In this document: positions 11,485 to 23,928 of the stretch, piece by piece | Layout of the letters: each line of letters starts with the position of its first letter | How positions within the stretch are numbered: position 1 is the stretch's first letter | DNA from: Octopus bimaculoides | Lineage: Eukaryota | Direction: 5' to 3' | Assembly: GCF_001194135.2 (NCBI RefSeq) | Contig: NC_068996.1 | Span: 9,874,873-9,929,110, forward strand | Length of the DNA stretch: 54,238 nt | Translations under genes and position numbers: made by a program | Notes under the pieces: generated by a model | What the model saw: the letters and a program-made list of their open reading frames with translations, nothing else | Told to the model about the DNA's origin: nothing | The model's database searches: none

Positions 11485-11530
11485 GACACCTGATGAAGGC
11501 TGGAGGGTATATCAGCCGAAACACTGTGTT
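11485..11530 (+). ncRNA. Hammerhead-like motif with mutated 3' core (GAAACACT instead of GAAACGTT), probably inactive
   Basis: Plus-strand mirror of 11153-11198 with two substitutions at positions 16.2 and 16.1. Confidence 0.5.
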
Positions 11531-12370
11531 AACAACAACCAAGATGAGGACAAATATCTGTCAAATGTGAATAATGTACATTATTCCTCATCTCTTAAAT
11601 ATAGGACTGTATTAGGTTTGATTTTGTCATGGATGTTACTAACGTTTATATTACTCATTTGTGAAATATGCTCTCATTTTTTTTATTACTCATTTAACCC
11701 TTATATCATTATTTATTTTTGCAAATAATTCAGTAATGTTAACTCTAAATGTAATAAAATTCTTGTTTTTAAAGTCAACACTACGTAATACCACATACCT
11801 ACATAACGGAATACCTACTAAACATTGATATTTATGTACCAGCTCCAGGAATGCGTTTAATATGTAAATTGGTATATCCAATAACTTAACACCACTGTAT
11901 GTGCTGGCTACATAAGCAGTGTGTTTGAAGACAAGAATTGTTTAGATGGGTGCTGATGAATGGACAAAACCCCTTATATGTGACATCTCGATATGAAATG
12001 TAGCAAAAATGCTGGCTATAATTTATACAGAATATCTAGAAATAACCTTACAAAATATTATATTTAGAGTTCATAATAAATAATCACACTCACTCTAACT
12101 GGCAAAATCTTTAGTAATATTATGTGCTGAGGTCAACTTTACTTTTCATCTTTTCAGGGTCAATAAAATAAGTACCAGTTAAGTACTGGGGTTGATTTAA
12201 TTGACTTACAACCTTCTCCCTAAAATGCTGGCCTTGTGCCAACAATTTGAAGCCATTATTGATCTTAAAACTTCCCTTTCCTCAGTCATAATACCAATTC
12301 CACCAATAACTTTTAAGGCCTATTTCTTTCTTTTTTTTTTAATCCTAAATCTCTGCCACCACCCTAACAG

Positions 12371-12496
12371 TTTGATGAGATCAGTGCAGAATTGGAAGAG
12401 CAACGGGAATTTGCCACAACTCGACTCAGTGAATTGGAGAAACTCAGCAAAGACCACCATGAGGCATTGAAGGAGATTGAACAGCTGCGTATGGAT
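12371..12496 (+). CDS. BRE1: BRE1 exon FDEISAELEEQREFATTRLSELEKLSKDHHEALKEIEQLRMD
   Basis: taacag acceptor, GAT|gtaagt donor; 42 codons; missed by the ORF track. Confidence 0.95.
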
Positions 12497-13154
12497 GTAA
12501 GTATGATGGAATGAGAGTAACCCATATAATCCATACATTTGTTTGTTTGTTTGTCCTCAGGTCATCTTTGGTGGAGTAGACCTAAGGCATGCAGGTAGAA
12601 TGATGATGGATTGTTTACAGATCTGTTATTCCAAATATGCCTTAATCTATAGACCATACTGCACATATCAATGAGCAGTGATGAATCACAAGTCACGCAA
12701 TGTGACAGTCTGAACATGTATTATGCAGTCATGTTGTATAGCATGGAAAAAAAAAAGAATCGAGCTCTTTGAAGTGGCTCAGCATGAATATAATTAATTT
12801 CCTTTTGGAGCAAACATGTGAATAATGGCATTTCAACTATGATCATCCCACTTTACTCCCGTATATTTAATCCTACCTAAATCCAGATTTACTACTGAGT
12901 TTTATTTTCATTTTCAATTGCTCAGGAGTTTAAATTCTTCATTATTTCTATTGTAGTTTGCTTCATGTTGTATTTAGGTTATATTGAATGTATTTCATTG
13001 TGATAAGAATTTATTTGCTTCATTAGACATTTAGCTACAATACAAGCGCCTCCAATGAGCATTTATAACAAATGGCTGTAATATTAGAATTTGGCTGCTA
13101 TTTCTATCAGATAGTCTTCCTTGTTGGTTTTATAAATTCCATGTCTTTTATGTA

Positions 13155-13500
13155 GTAAAATTATTTGTTTGTTATTAAACTGAGTTTTGGGACTTAAGTT
13201 AATAATAAAATTATGATGGAAGGTTTTAATTTAAATATTTAATTTGAACATAAGCATTTACAAGAGAAGGCTCAATCTTCAGTGTCTGCTAAAGAACTAA
13301 AGATAAATGTGTGTATCATAATAAAATAATTAATTTGTTTGTTATTAAACTGAGTTTTGGGACTTAAGTTAATACTGTTTTCTTACATAAAATTATGATG
13401 GAAGGTTTTAATTTAAATTCGAGAAAGCTTCAGTGTATGCTAAAAAACTAAACATAAATGTATGCATGTGTGTGAAGTTTATAATACGTATGAGTTTTCT
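13155..13500. repeat. Local tandem duplication of a ~170-bp AT-rich unit
   Basis: tttgtttgttattaaactgagttttgggacttaagttaata and ataaaattatgatggaaggttttaatttaaat each occur twice. Confidence 0.75.
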
Positions 13501-13513
13501 AATTGTGTTTTAG

Positions 13514-13687
13514 TTACAACATTTGCCAGAGCATGTTATTATGGACAGCAGTGAGTACAAGTGTTTACAGTCCCAGTTCTCTGTACTCTATAATGAGAGT
13601 ATGCAGCTGAAGACTCAACATGAAGAGACACGTAACCTGTTGCAAACGAGTAAGATTGGACATCTACGCCATATAGAACAGATGGAG
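13514..13687 (+). CDS. BRE1: BRE1 exon LQHLPEHVIMDSSEYKCLQSQFSVLYNES...EQME
   Basis: ttttag acceptor, GAG|gtaaga donor; conserved EYKCLQSQFSVLYNES motif. Confidence 0.96.
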
Positions 13688-14842
13688 GTAAGACAAAAAA
13701 AAAAAAAACATTTCCTCTCACACCCCGTGCTAGATAGTTAAGCTCATTTTATTTACATTTTGAGTTCAAATTCCTCTGGTGTCAACTTCATGTTTTCATC
13801 CTCTTAGAGCTAATAAAATAAAGTGCCAGTCAGATTACGTCAGTTGACTACTTCTACAAAATGTGTCTTGAACATATGTTATAAATCAATGTGGCAAAAT
13901 CGTTACTGCATCAAACAAATTGCCTCGCTGGGTTCATTTTCAATCTTTATATTCTAAGCTCAAACCTCACTAAGGTAATAGGGTGGCATTTGCTGCAACA
14001 GCACATCGCAGTATCCACCATTTGTTGGTGATTTGCTACTCCTGGCAGACAATGGCTTTGCACCACAACTGCCTTCTGACACTGATGACATAAATTAATA
14101 GTCAAGTACTGGCATCAATGTAATCAAATATTCTCTCCTGTCACTTTGGTCTTTTACATTTGTAAGAAATTATTATTAGAACAGGGGAAATATCGTTTCA
14201 TATTTATTTTAGATCTGTCCATTTAAATTCTGAATTCAAATCCCGTAGGGGTCTGTGTTACTTTCATGCTTCTAGGTTTGGTGAACTATGTACCAGTAAT
14301 ATATTAGGATCAGTTACATTACCTATACCACTGCCTCCTAAATTTTTCCTATTTGTGGCAGTGTGAGGAATTTCCTATATATTATTGTTATTATTGATAT
14401 CTCTTCAGGTGGCATCCTGGTAGAATTGTTACAGCACTACGCAAAAGGCTTAGTGGGTTTTCATCTGTCTTTACATTCTGAGTTCAAATTTTGCCAAGGT
14501 CAACTGTACCATTCATCCTTTCATGGGGGTCGATAATATAAGTACCAGTCAAGCACTGGGGTCAGTGTAATCAACTAGTCCCTTACCCCAAAATTTCAGG
14601 CCTTGTGCATATAGTAGAAAGGATTACTATTGATATCAGGCAGAGTAGCATAGGTTAGCTTTTCTACCTAGTCATCTCCCACGAGCCATTCTATTCATGC
14701 CTGCATGGAAGATGGACGTTAGACGATGATGATGATCTCTTGATGGAGAATTGCTACTGATCTCCATGTGAATGTGGGTATATTACTGGCATTTGAATAA
14801 ATCCTTCCTAATGCCCTCTCTATCAATACCTTTTTACTTTAG

Positions 14843-14978
14843 AGTGATGAACTCACCTGTCAAAAGAAGCTACGCACTGAGCTAATTCAGCTGGAAGATA
14901 CACTAGCACAGGTACGCAAAGAATATGAAATGCTACGCATAGAGTTTGAACAGACACTAGCTGCTAATGAACAGACTG
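14843..14978 (+). CDS. BRE1: BRE1 exon [45 protein letters not shown](G)
   Basis: ctttag acceptor, G|gtaagt donor; highly conserved BRE1 segment. Confidence 0.97.
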
Positions 14979-15836
14979 GTAAGTTTTTGAGGATTTTTTT
15001 TTTTTTTTTTTCTAATGGCTGTTTGGTTAGGAATTTGCTTCCCAACTACATGGTTCTGGGTTCAGTCAAAGGGTCTTTGTCTTGTGAGTTATTTGGTGAC
15101 CCTTCCAACCCTGGTGCCATGTATAAACCATCCAGTCAACACTGTAAAGGGGTTGGCATTTTGGAAGGGTATCCAGCTGTAAAAATCATGCCAAAGCACA
15201 CCGTGCCAATGCTGGTGCCATGTAAAAGCACTCAATCTACTCTGTAAGATGCTTTGTTATTTGGAAGGGCATCCTCCCTTAAAAGCCATGCCAAAACAGA
15301 CAGTGAAGCCTGGTGAGATCCTCCAGCTTGCCAACTCCTGTCAAACTGTCCAACCCATGCCGACACAGGAAACAAATATTGATAATGATGACATTTTAGA
15401 GCTGGGTATGTTTAACAAAGGCATGTAACAGCATCACTGACAGGTTGACACCAAGCCAATGTGCATGCGAGAGAGAGAGAGAGAATCTATATGATTGCTC
15501 AACTTACTAGAAATAGCAGCCAGATTACTCCCAAATCAGACCTTTCTTAAATGAGGCAAGGACAGATTGGATAATGCACTCCTAGATACACCTTGAAAAA
15601 AAGACAGGATGGCTATGATTGGAAGGCTTTTGATCATACAATTTCTTGATTATGGTTCATTTGAGGGTTAAACAAGAACACCTGACAGATTTGTTGGGTT
15701 TTTTTGACCTGTAGGCTTACATATTATAACTTCCATGCTATGTAATGTCTTTATATGTATAACTTTATTAGTTAGTTGTATATGGAGCTCTGTACCCACC
15801 GTCAATTTCAACAAATGTTGTTGTTCTCAATTGCAG

Positions 15837-15958
15837 GACCAATTAATAGAGAGATGCGTCACCTCATCCAGAGCCTACAGAACCACAACCAGCAACTGAA
15901 GGGTGAAGCAGGTCGCTACAAACGGCGGCTGAAAGAGGCCAATGCTGAACTGAGCAAG
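15837..15958 (+). CDS. BRE1: BRE1 exon (G)[40 protein letters not shown]
   Basis: ttgcag acceptor, AAG|gtaaga donor. Confidence 0.97.
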
Positions 15959-16754
15959 GTAAGAAGCCATGTTAAGATTAGAAAAAAAAATCTTTTATTA
16001 TTCTATTTGTTTTATTTGGGGATGGTCATATTGCCAGTTTAGCCAATAAAAACACACGCACTGTATATTTGGTGTTAATTTGCTTCAGCTTTATATTACA
16101 TTACATTACATTAATCCTATTTCGGCCAGAGTTCTTTTGTCACACTTCTGTGACCTCATCAGTGGTCCTTTGCTTTCTTCTTTCTTATGTGTGTGTCCCA
16201 CCTTGCTAACTATCAACCAATATAGCTTTTAAATGTTTAGGATGATGCTGACGTTGGTAGCAGGTTTACTTTTGTTATAAGAGACAACCGTTTTTCTTAG
16301 GGTCCAATATGTTATAACACCCTTTTCTTACAGGGGTGTTGGGGCTCAGTACATTTGTTACAAGCAACAAACTCATCATCATCATTATCATCATCACCAT
16401 CATTTAACATCCATTTTCCGTGTTGGCATGGGTTGGACAGTTTGACTGAGAACTAACCAAAGAATTTGGGGCCTTATGCCTAGAGTAGAAAAGAAGAAAA
16501 ATAAGTTTGACTGAAAACTAGTAAGTCAGGGAGCTGTACCAGGTTCCAATCTGATTTGGCATGGTTTCTACAGTCTTTATGTTCTGAGTTCAAATTTTGC
16601 CAAGGTCAGCTTTGCCTTTCATTCCTTTGGGGTCAATAAAATAAGTACTAGTTGAGCACTGGAGTTAAAGTAATCAACTTACCTGCTTCTCCAAAATTGC
16701 TGACTATGTGCCAAAATTTGAAACCATTGTTATTATTATTATTATTATTATTCA

Positions 16755-17096
16755 TCATTTAACATCTGCTTTCCATGCTAGCATGGGTTGGACGATTTGA
16801 CTGAGGACTGGTGAAACCAGATGGCAACACCAGACTCCAATCTGATTTGGCAGAGTTTCTACAGCTGGATGCCCTTCCTAACGCCAACCACTCTGAGAGT
16901 GTAGTGGGTGCTTTTACGTGCCACCGGCACGAAGGCCAGTCACAGGGTACTGGCAACAGCCACGCTCAAAATGGTGTTTTTTACGTGCCACCTGCATGGG
17001 AGCCAGTCCAGCGGCACTGGCAATGACCTCGCTCGAATGATTTTCTAACGTGCCACCAGCACAAGTGCTAGAAGGCGATGCTGGTAATGATTATGC
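16755..17096 (-). mobile_element. RTE family B 3'UTR fragment running into an N gap; other B copies near 1040-1255, 2205-2500, 15130-15395, 19705-19960, 23945-24395, 25615-25760, 26295-26500, 49105-49660, 49815-50150, 52630-52790
   Basis: Shared ctacagctggatgcccttcctaacgccaacc and tttccatgctagcatggg motifs; (CAT)n tails on the plus strand. Confidence 0.85.
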
Positions 17097-19029
17097 NNNN
17101 NNNNNNNNNNNNNNNNNNNNNNNNNNNNNNNNNNNNNNNNNNNNNNNNNNNNNNNNNNNNNNNNNNNNNNNNNNNNNNNNNNNNNNNNNNNNNNNNNNNN
17201 NNNNNNNNNNNNNNNNNNNNNNNNNNNNNNNNNNNNNNNNNNNNNNNNNNNNNNNNNNNNNNNNNNNNNNNNNNNNNNNNNNNNNNNNNNNNNNNNNNNN
17301 NNNNNNNNNNNNNNNNNNNNNNNNNNNNNNNNNNNNNNNNNNNNNNNNNNNNNNNNNNNNNNNNNNNNNNNNNNNNNNNNNNNNNNNNNNNNNNNNNNNN
17401 NNNNNNNNNNNNNNNNNNNNNNNNNNNNNNNNNNNNNNNNNNNNNNNNNNNNNNNNNNNNNNNNNNNNNNNNNNNNNNNNNNNNNNNNNNNNNNNNNNNN
17501 NNNNNNNNNNNNNNNNNNNNNNNNNNNNNNNNNNNNNNNNNNNNNNNNNNNNNNNNNNNNNNNNNNNNNNNNNNNNNNNNNNNNNNNNNNNNNNNNNNNN
17601 NNNNNNNNNNNNNNNNNNNNNNNNNNNNNNNNNNNNNNNNNNNNNNNNNNNNNNNNNNNNNNNNNNNNNNNNNNNNNNNNNNNNNNNNNNNNNNNNNNNN
17701 NNNNNNNNNNNNNNNNNNNNNNNNNNNNNNNNNNNNNNNNNNNNNNNNNNNNNNNNNNNNNNNNNNNNNNNNNNNNNNAAACCAACCAGATCTGGCCTCT
17801 CATATCTACCCTACAATGTCATCCTAAAAATAAGCAATCACATCATCAAAGATAAGAGATAAGAGACATTGCCTGATAAATTCAAAACAATATGAATAAA
17901 TAAGCATTACATTTGACAGAGTGATTTGATTGCAAGTAAGTTTAATCCAATCATATCTGGCCCAAATATTCTTCCTGCTTTGTTTAAACCAACCAGATCT
18001 GGCCTCTCATATCTACCCTACAATGTCATCCTAAAAATAAACAATCACATCATCAAACCGTCAAAGCTAAGAGATAATGCGTAATTTATTCAAAACAAAG
18101 TGAATCAATAGCATTACATTTTATGGTGTAATCTGAATGCTAAACGGTTAAGGATATCCTTAATAAAAGAAGCAGAGAAATGGAGAGTATATATATGATT
18201 TCTTACAGTTAAAGATATCCTTTCCTTAATTGCTAAAGATTGTATATGTGCTCTCTGATCACATGGTGTTTCTTTCTCTCACACTCCCTTACTCTTTCTC
18301 TTATTCCGTTACTTTATATGTGTATCGCCCTCTCTGTCACCTCATAATTATGTCTCTCTCAGTGGCTCCTTCTGTGACAGTTCACACTCTGAGCATCCTA
18401 TACAACACCGTAAAGAGATGCGGCAAAGGTAATCAATTAGGAGGTTGGAATCACTGGCAGCCACCTATAAGATAGCACAGTGGCTCCCAATAAAACTCTG
18501 CAGGCCACAGTAAAGGCTGCCTATCTAGGACAGTAGTTACTGAATAATATATATGAAGTAGGCATTTCCTCCAAACAACAGCAAAAAGGCAACCTGCCTA
18601 AGAGGACAGCAACTTTGAATAAAAGTTGATACTGTGGAAAGAGGATATGTCAGTCCTGTCCAAAAAACTCTCTTTAGGCTAACACAAAATTTTATTCTTT
18701 AAAATCATATCCATTACAAGATTAAGATATAGTTTTAAGCATTATTAAATAAACAGAAATAATTAATGCTTAATTGTCAGTGTATTTTTTACATTAAATT
18801 AAGTGATATCTGTATATAAATCATTCTTTTCCTCATTCCATTTATTGGACTGTGGTGATGTTGGGGTATCACTTTTAAGTATATTTAATTGATCATATCA
18901 ACCCTGGTACTTATTTTATCAATCTCTGTTACTGACAGGCTAAGTTACCTTTTGATGTAAAGGGATGCATTGTCTCATTCATTCACCATGATTTTATGTC
19001 CATGCCTATCTGACACATGCAGACAAAGT

Positions 19030-19320
19030 GGCATGACGATTGTCCATGACTGCATGGGTTGGATAGATCTTCGCTAGTACAAAGTCTTATGGCTCGTTGC
19101 AGTCTTTTGTCATCTTGGTGAGCTTCAGTCTTTCAAGTATCAACTTTTACCACTTCCTGAGACTTCTTCCACTTGGATTGCTTCACACTTCTTTTACCCA
19201 ACTGACATCCTCCATATGCATCACATATCGGTACCTTCTTACTAATGTCTTGATTCATACAGATACCCTGCTTTGCAATTAGAAACATCTCACATTTCTG
19301 ACAATGGTAAACCATTTAGT
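19030..19320 (-). mobile_element. Old, diverged LINE 3' fragment (RTE-like)
   Basis: Minus strand has a degenerate ORF C-terminus followed by aacccatgcagtcatggac...cgtcatg, resembling the family B tail. Confidence 0.45.
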
Positions 19321-21692
19321 TTTCCCTCTTGACTCTTTGCCGAGTATACCCGTCATCATCTAGTCACTCAACAAGCTATCTTATACTATTCCCTGTTCCC
19401 TACTTTCTTTCAGACATCCCAATAATATTTCTATCTACAGCACCATTCCACTACCAAGTTATCTTCTGTAACATAAGTGGAATAGTGCTGAAGCCTGATG
19501 TAACTTGAAGCAGGTTCTCTCAAAGAAACTCCCAGCTGTGTTGTATGTTACACATCTCTCTCTTGCCTTCTTCAACATACATATGATCAAATACTTCCCT
19601 CTTTAGATTGTCCTGTGTACCTGGCTCTGCCTAGTTCCTACTCTGAAGTCACTAATCACTAATCCATGTTATGTAGTATAATATTCACACCCTTCACACC
19701 ACCCCAGGCTCCAATTTGATTTGGCAGAGTTTCTACAGCTGGATGCCCTTCCTAATGCCAACCACTCTGAGAGTGTAGTGGGTGCTTTTACATGCTACCA
19801 GCACAAAGGCCAGTCAGGAGGGACTGGCGACGGCCACGCTCAAAATGGTGTATTTTACATGCCTCCTGCACAGGAGCCAGTCCAGCGGTACTGGCAACAA
19901 ACTCACTCGAATGTCTTTTCACGTGCCAGGAAGGCGTTGTTGGTAACGATCGGAAGGCGACATCGATTCTAGTGCTCAGGTGGCACTTATTTTATCAAAC
20001 TCGAAAGAATGAAAGGCAAAGTTGACCACAGCAGAATTTGAACTCAAAACATAGAGTCAGAAGAAATACTGCTGAGCATTTTGTCTGGCACGGCAACAAT
20101 TCTACCAGTTTGATGCCTTTGATAGAATACCTTATACCTGAATACTTAAATGCAATATTGCTTCTAAACTTTTCTTAAATGGATTTTTTATTTTTATGGC
20201 TTGATCAATGCAGTCCATAATTGCACTGTGGTGATTAAAATATGTTTAAACTGACATCATTTAAAAAGGTTTTCTTTGCATTAATGATATATGGTTTGAA
20301 TCCCAAGTGATTAAATAAACTGAAATAGTTAAAGTTTAATCATCACTCTTTAAAAAAACTAATACCACAATATAGATAAGGTTTTGTCTCATCATCAGTC
20401 AGTCATCTTATAATATGCCTGGAATGTATTGGAGTTACACAGGTTATACCCTGTTTAGCATTCAACATGTGGTTGTTTGTCCAAAGTTATCTAGAGTCAA
20501 TAGCAGTCAGCAGAATGTAAGGAGATATGTAGGACAGCAGGTTGTTATTATGTCTATTCTATACATGTATATCTACGTCTATGTAGATATACATAATATG
20601 TCTAGCATATTTGTTACCACAACAAAAAAATATGCTACGTAGACATGCTTTTTATAAACTAGGATTTATTATCATTGAATTGTGTCCCCTCTTCCCAAGA
20701 ATTTTTACTGCACCATTAATTTAAAATGTCAGCCCCTTAATTTTGATCTGATTAATTTGCTGAAACAAATGGCATCTCTCACTTACTATAATTTCTTAAT
20801 ATTCCAACAGAATTTACCTACCCCGCCCCCCTCTCTCTGTCATATGTATGGGTACCAGTTCATGAAGGCTTTACTGTGACCTATAGGATGTCTAAAAATT
20901 AGTCAATTAATTTAATTTTTAAATAGTATGATAATTACTACTATGTCGGCAAGCAGTGATGAAGAAGGCTTATACTTTAGCTGATGAAGCCTAATAAGCC
21001 CAAACATTCAGTCTTGTCTCCTTTGCTTGCTCAGCCTATATGTAGGTTTTTTTTTTTTTTTAATAATGTACAAATATAGGTACAGGTGTGGTTGTGTAGT
21101 AAGAAGCTTGCTTCCCAATCACATGGGTCTCGGTTCAGTTCTACTGCATGGTATCTTGAGCAAGTGTCTTCTACTGTAGTCTTGAGTCAACCAAAGCCTT
21201 GTGAGTAGATTTGGTGGACAGAAACTGAAAGAAGCCCATCATATATATATTTGTGTGTGTGTGTTTGTATATGTATATTTTTATTAATATTTAGCAGAAG
21301 TAACAGTAACTTAAGGTCCGGGAGTTTCGTGTATTGGCACTTATCAAACTTATAAAATTATACACATATTCATATTTTGACTTCTATTTTTCCTGTTTGC
21401 ATCACCATACCTATGTATATATCTGTGCCCTAAAAAAATGGTCAAAATAGAATATCTTTGATCAAGACTGACTTGGGACTGAACAACTCCCAAAGCTTTA
21501 CGTAAGTGCTAACAATGAAAGACCAAAAAAACAAAAAACAAAAAAAAATAAAGAAATTGAAAAAAATGAATGACAGATTGATCTAATATATGATATGTAA
21601 TAGGTATGTTCTCTCCCATTATCAGTGACACATTTAAAATGGAACAACTCTTAACAGGCATATCTTTTTTTGTATCGTGTATTTTTCTGCAG

Positions 21693-21931
21693 TTAAAATC
21701 TGAAGGTGCAGCACAAGAGGCTAGCAAGGATGAAGCATCGATGTCATCTTCGTCTGGGACAACAACTGCTGGAAGTACAGGGGCAGGAACAGCACCTGTC
21801 TATGTACCACCCAAAGCAGAAGCGGAACCTGTTGTTTTGAAGAAACCGGATGAGGACGAGAAGGATTTCGATGTGAAAGACAAAGGTCGCTCAGAGTCAG
21901 AGATTATAAAAGATTTACGAGCTCAGTTAAA
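21693..21931 (+). CDS. BRE1: BRE1 exon LKSEGAAQ...RSESEIIKDLRAQL(K), low-complexity linker
   Basis: ctgcag acceptor, AA|gtgagt donor; ends in a SEIIKDLRAQLK motif; phase 2 fits the next exon. Confidence 0.92.
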
Positions 21932-22598
21932 GTGAGTTGAATTTGGTTATTTGTGGGGGGGGGGGTGTCAAAAGAGTTAATATACTTTCAAGAGAACGTG
22001 GAATAATTCTTTTTGAAATTAGGTCTCAGAGCACAAGAAGCTATAAATGATGGTATTAAAAGTTGATTGAAAAACTATTTTGGTTGATGGGGGCTAAATC
22101 TTTTAAGAATGGAAGAGAGAAAAAAAAATCAAGTTGGAGACAGCAATTTGAAGACAGGGTTGGTTAGTCGTAAACAAGGAATTTAGTGAACAAAAAAAAA
22201 AGGTAGAAATTTATGTTTAAATGGATTTCTATCTGCTTCAAAATTATTCCAATTGTTCAATCAACTATTCCTTTTTCATCTAAGAGTTACTAGACAGACA
22301 CTTGCACTTTTAACTTAATTCTAAGACATTGTGTAAAAGCAGGTGGAGTCCACTCCATAGACTCGTGCAATTTCCGTGTGCTCAGTTTCACTTGCAGGGT
22401 TTGAGTCGATCCAAGGCTGTGGTAGAAGACGTGAATCCAAGTTGCCATGTTCTGGAATTGAACCCAGTCCCTCATGATTGCAAACTTACATTCTTAACTA
22501 TTCATCTGGTCTTGCAACTTAGATAAGTTTGATATTAACAAGCATTAAATTAAATTTTACATGAACATAATTGGATATGACTGAAGAGCACAGCCTGC

Positions 22599-22712
<114 letters not shown>

Positions 22713-22857
22713 CTTCATCGTCTCTCTGTTTAGGAATGTCTAAAGTAGATATAAACAGAGCATCAAGTTTAAATTATATTGAAGAGCAATGTATAGACAA
22801 CAATATTAATAACTCATGCAATTTATTATTGATTGGTTGTCTGATTTACTTAATTAG

Positions 22858-22945
22858 GAAGAACCAAGACAGCCAGAAGGAAATGAAGTTGCTACTGGAT
22901 ATGTACAAGAGTTCATCATCGAAAGAGAATCGTGACAAAGTTCAG
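22858..22945 (+). CDS. BRE1: BRE1 exon (K)KNQDSQKEMKLLLDMYKSSSSKENRDKVQ
   Basis: aattag acceptor, CAG|gtaaaa donor. Confidence 0.97.
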
Positions 22946-23176
22946 GTAAAATGTCCATCTTATATAATAAACACGAGAAATCATTATGATTAAATTTGAT
23001 AAACTACACCAGTGGTTCTCAACTGGATTCCATATGAATCCGTGGGGTGGAAGTGGGGGTGTCCATTTAAGATTTTGTTAAAGTTTATGTGTAATAAATT
23101 GGTTATACTCCTTAAATAATAAATGTGCCCTTTTAAAGTCTAGCCAGGCTCATGGGCCCGGTTTCCCAGTTTCAAT

Positions 23177-23354
23177 GCAGGAGGATCAGTAAATTATGAT
23201 TTTATTCATCATATTCCCCTCCCAGATTCATACACTTATTGCAGTGGTCCTTCAGTTTTTCTAAGCCCTGTAAAAGAACTCGGAGGGTTGGGCTTCCAAC
23301 CAGGCTTTTTGTGATACCCCTAAAGCCAGGAACTTTTCACCACCCCCTCGTGTA
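23177..23354 (-). mobile_element. Mariner-derived MITE lacking one TIR; complete copy at 52797-53026
   Basis: Minus strand resembles the mariner C-terminus LQGLEKLKDR..KC..L.GEY; TIR ...aggggtggtgaaaagttcctggcttt. Confidence 0.75.
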
Positions 23355-23455
23355 TATTAATAGACAAATAAAGTGAAATCTATCTGTTTTCCTCAATAGC
23401 AATGTATCTTCCGTACTTAACTGTCTGTTTAACTCTTGCGTTTGGTGTTTTGCAG

Positions 23456-23638
23456 TTAATGAAAGCAGAAAAGAAAGCTCGTCAAGAGGTTGAAGATCTC
23501 CACAATCACATTCGGAAGATGCAGGAAGCCGAGCGCAAGGAACGTCGGAAGTTGGCTGATGATGATGCTTTGCGTAAGATTAAGAAACTTGAAGACACAA
23601 TCAGCGACTTGCAGAAGAGCCTAGCAGCACAGAAACAG
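23456..23638 (+). CDS. BRE1: BRE1 exon LMKAEKKARQEVEDL...LAAQKQ
   Basis: ttgcag acceptor, CAG|gtgaaa donor; 61 codons. Confidence 0.96.
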
Positions 23639-23744
23639 GTGAAATTTCTAATTTAAAATTGATGAGAAAATTTAGTAACCGAATTGATGATTATAATACT
23701 GAGGTAACATGGTAACACACACACACACACATACACACATACAC

Positions 23745-23778
<34 letters not shown>

Positions 23779-23889
23779 ATCATGTGTATATATGTATGTA
23801 TATATATACACACATGATATGTGTTTATGTTGTGTATTTATATAATCATCATCATGGAAACAGGAGATAGATATTAATATTAATTTCAA

Positions 23890-23928
<39 letters not shown>

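Larger units (their letters stand above)
11111..11612. mobile_element. Head-to-head palindromic pair of tRNA-headed, hammerhead-tailed SINE-like elements
   Basis: Arms of about 230 bp centred on atgcccatgggcat (11343-11356); each arm is a tRNA-like head, (AAT)n, spacer, hammerhead motif and tail. Confidence 0.85.

Noticed and set aside
17045-17862. Long ORFs across N gaps (also about 5.9-6.4, 26.9-27.5, 32.1-32.5, 34.1-34.5 and 36.5-37.2 kb)
   Set aside because: These are artefacts of translating N runs. A hidden BRE1 exon in the 17.1-17.8 kb gap cannot be excluded, but the frame is already continuous without one.
20975-21015. gctgatgaagcctaataagcccaaacattcag, a possible decayed hammerhead
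   Set aside because: GAAA is replaced by CAAA and the stems do not pair, so it is too degenerate to call
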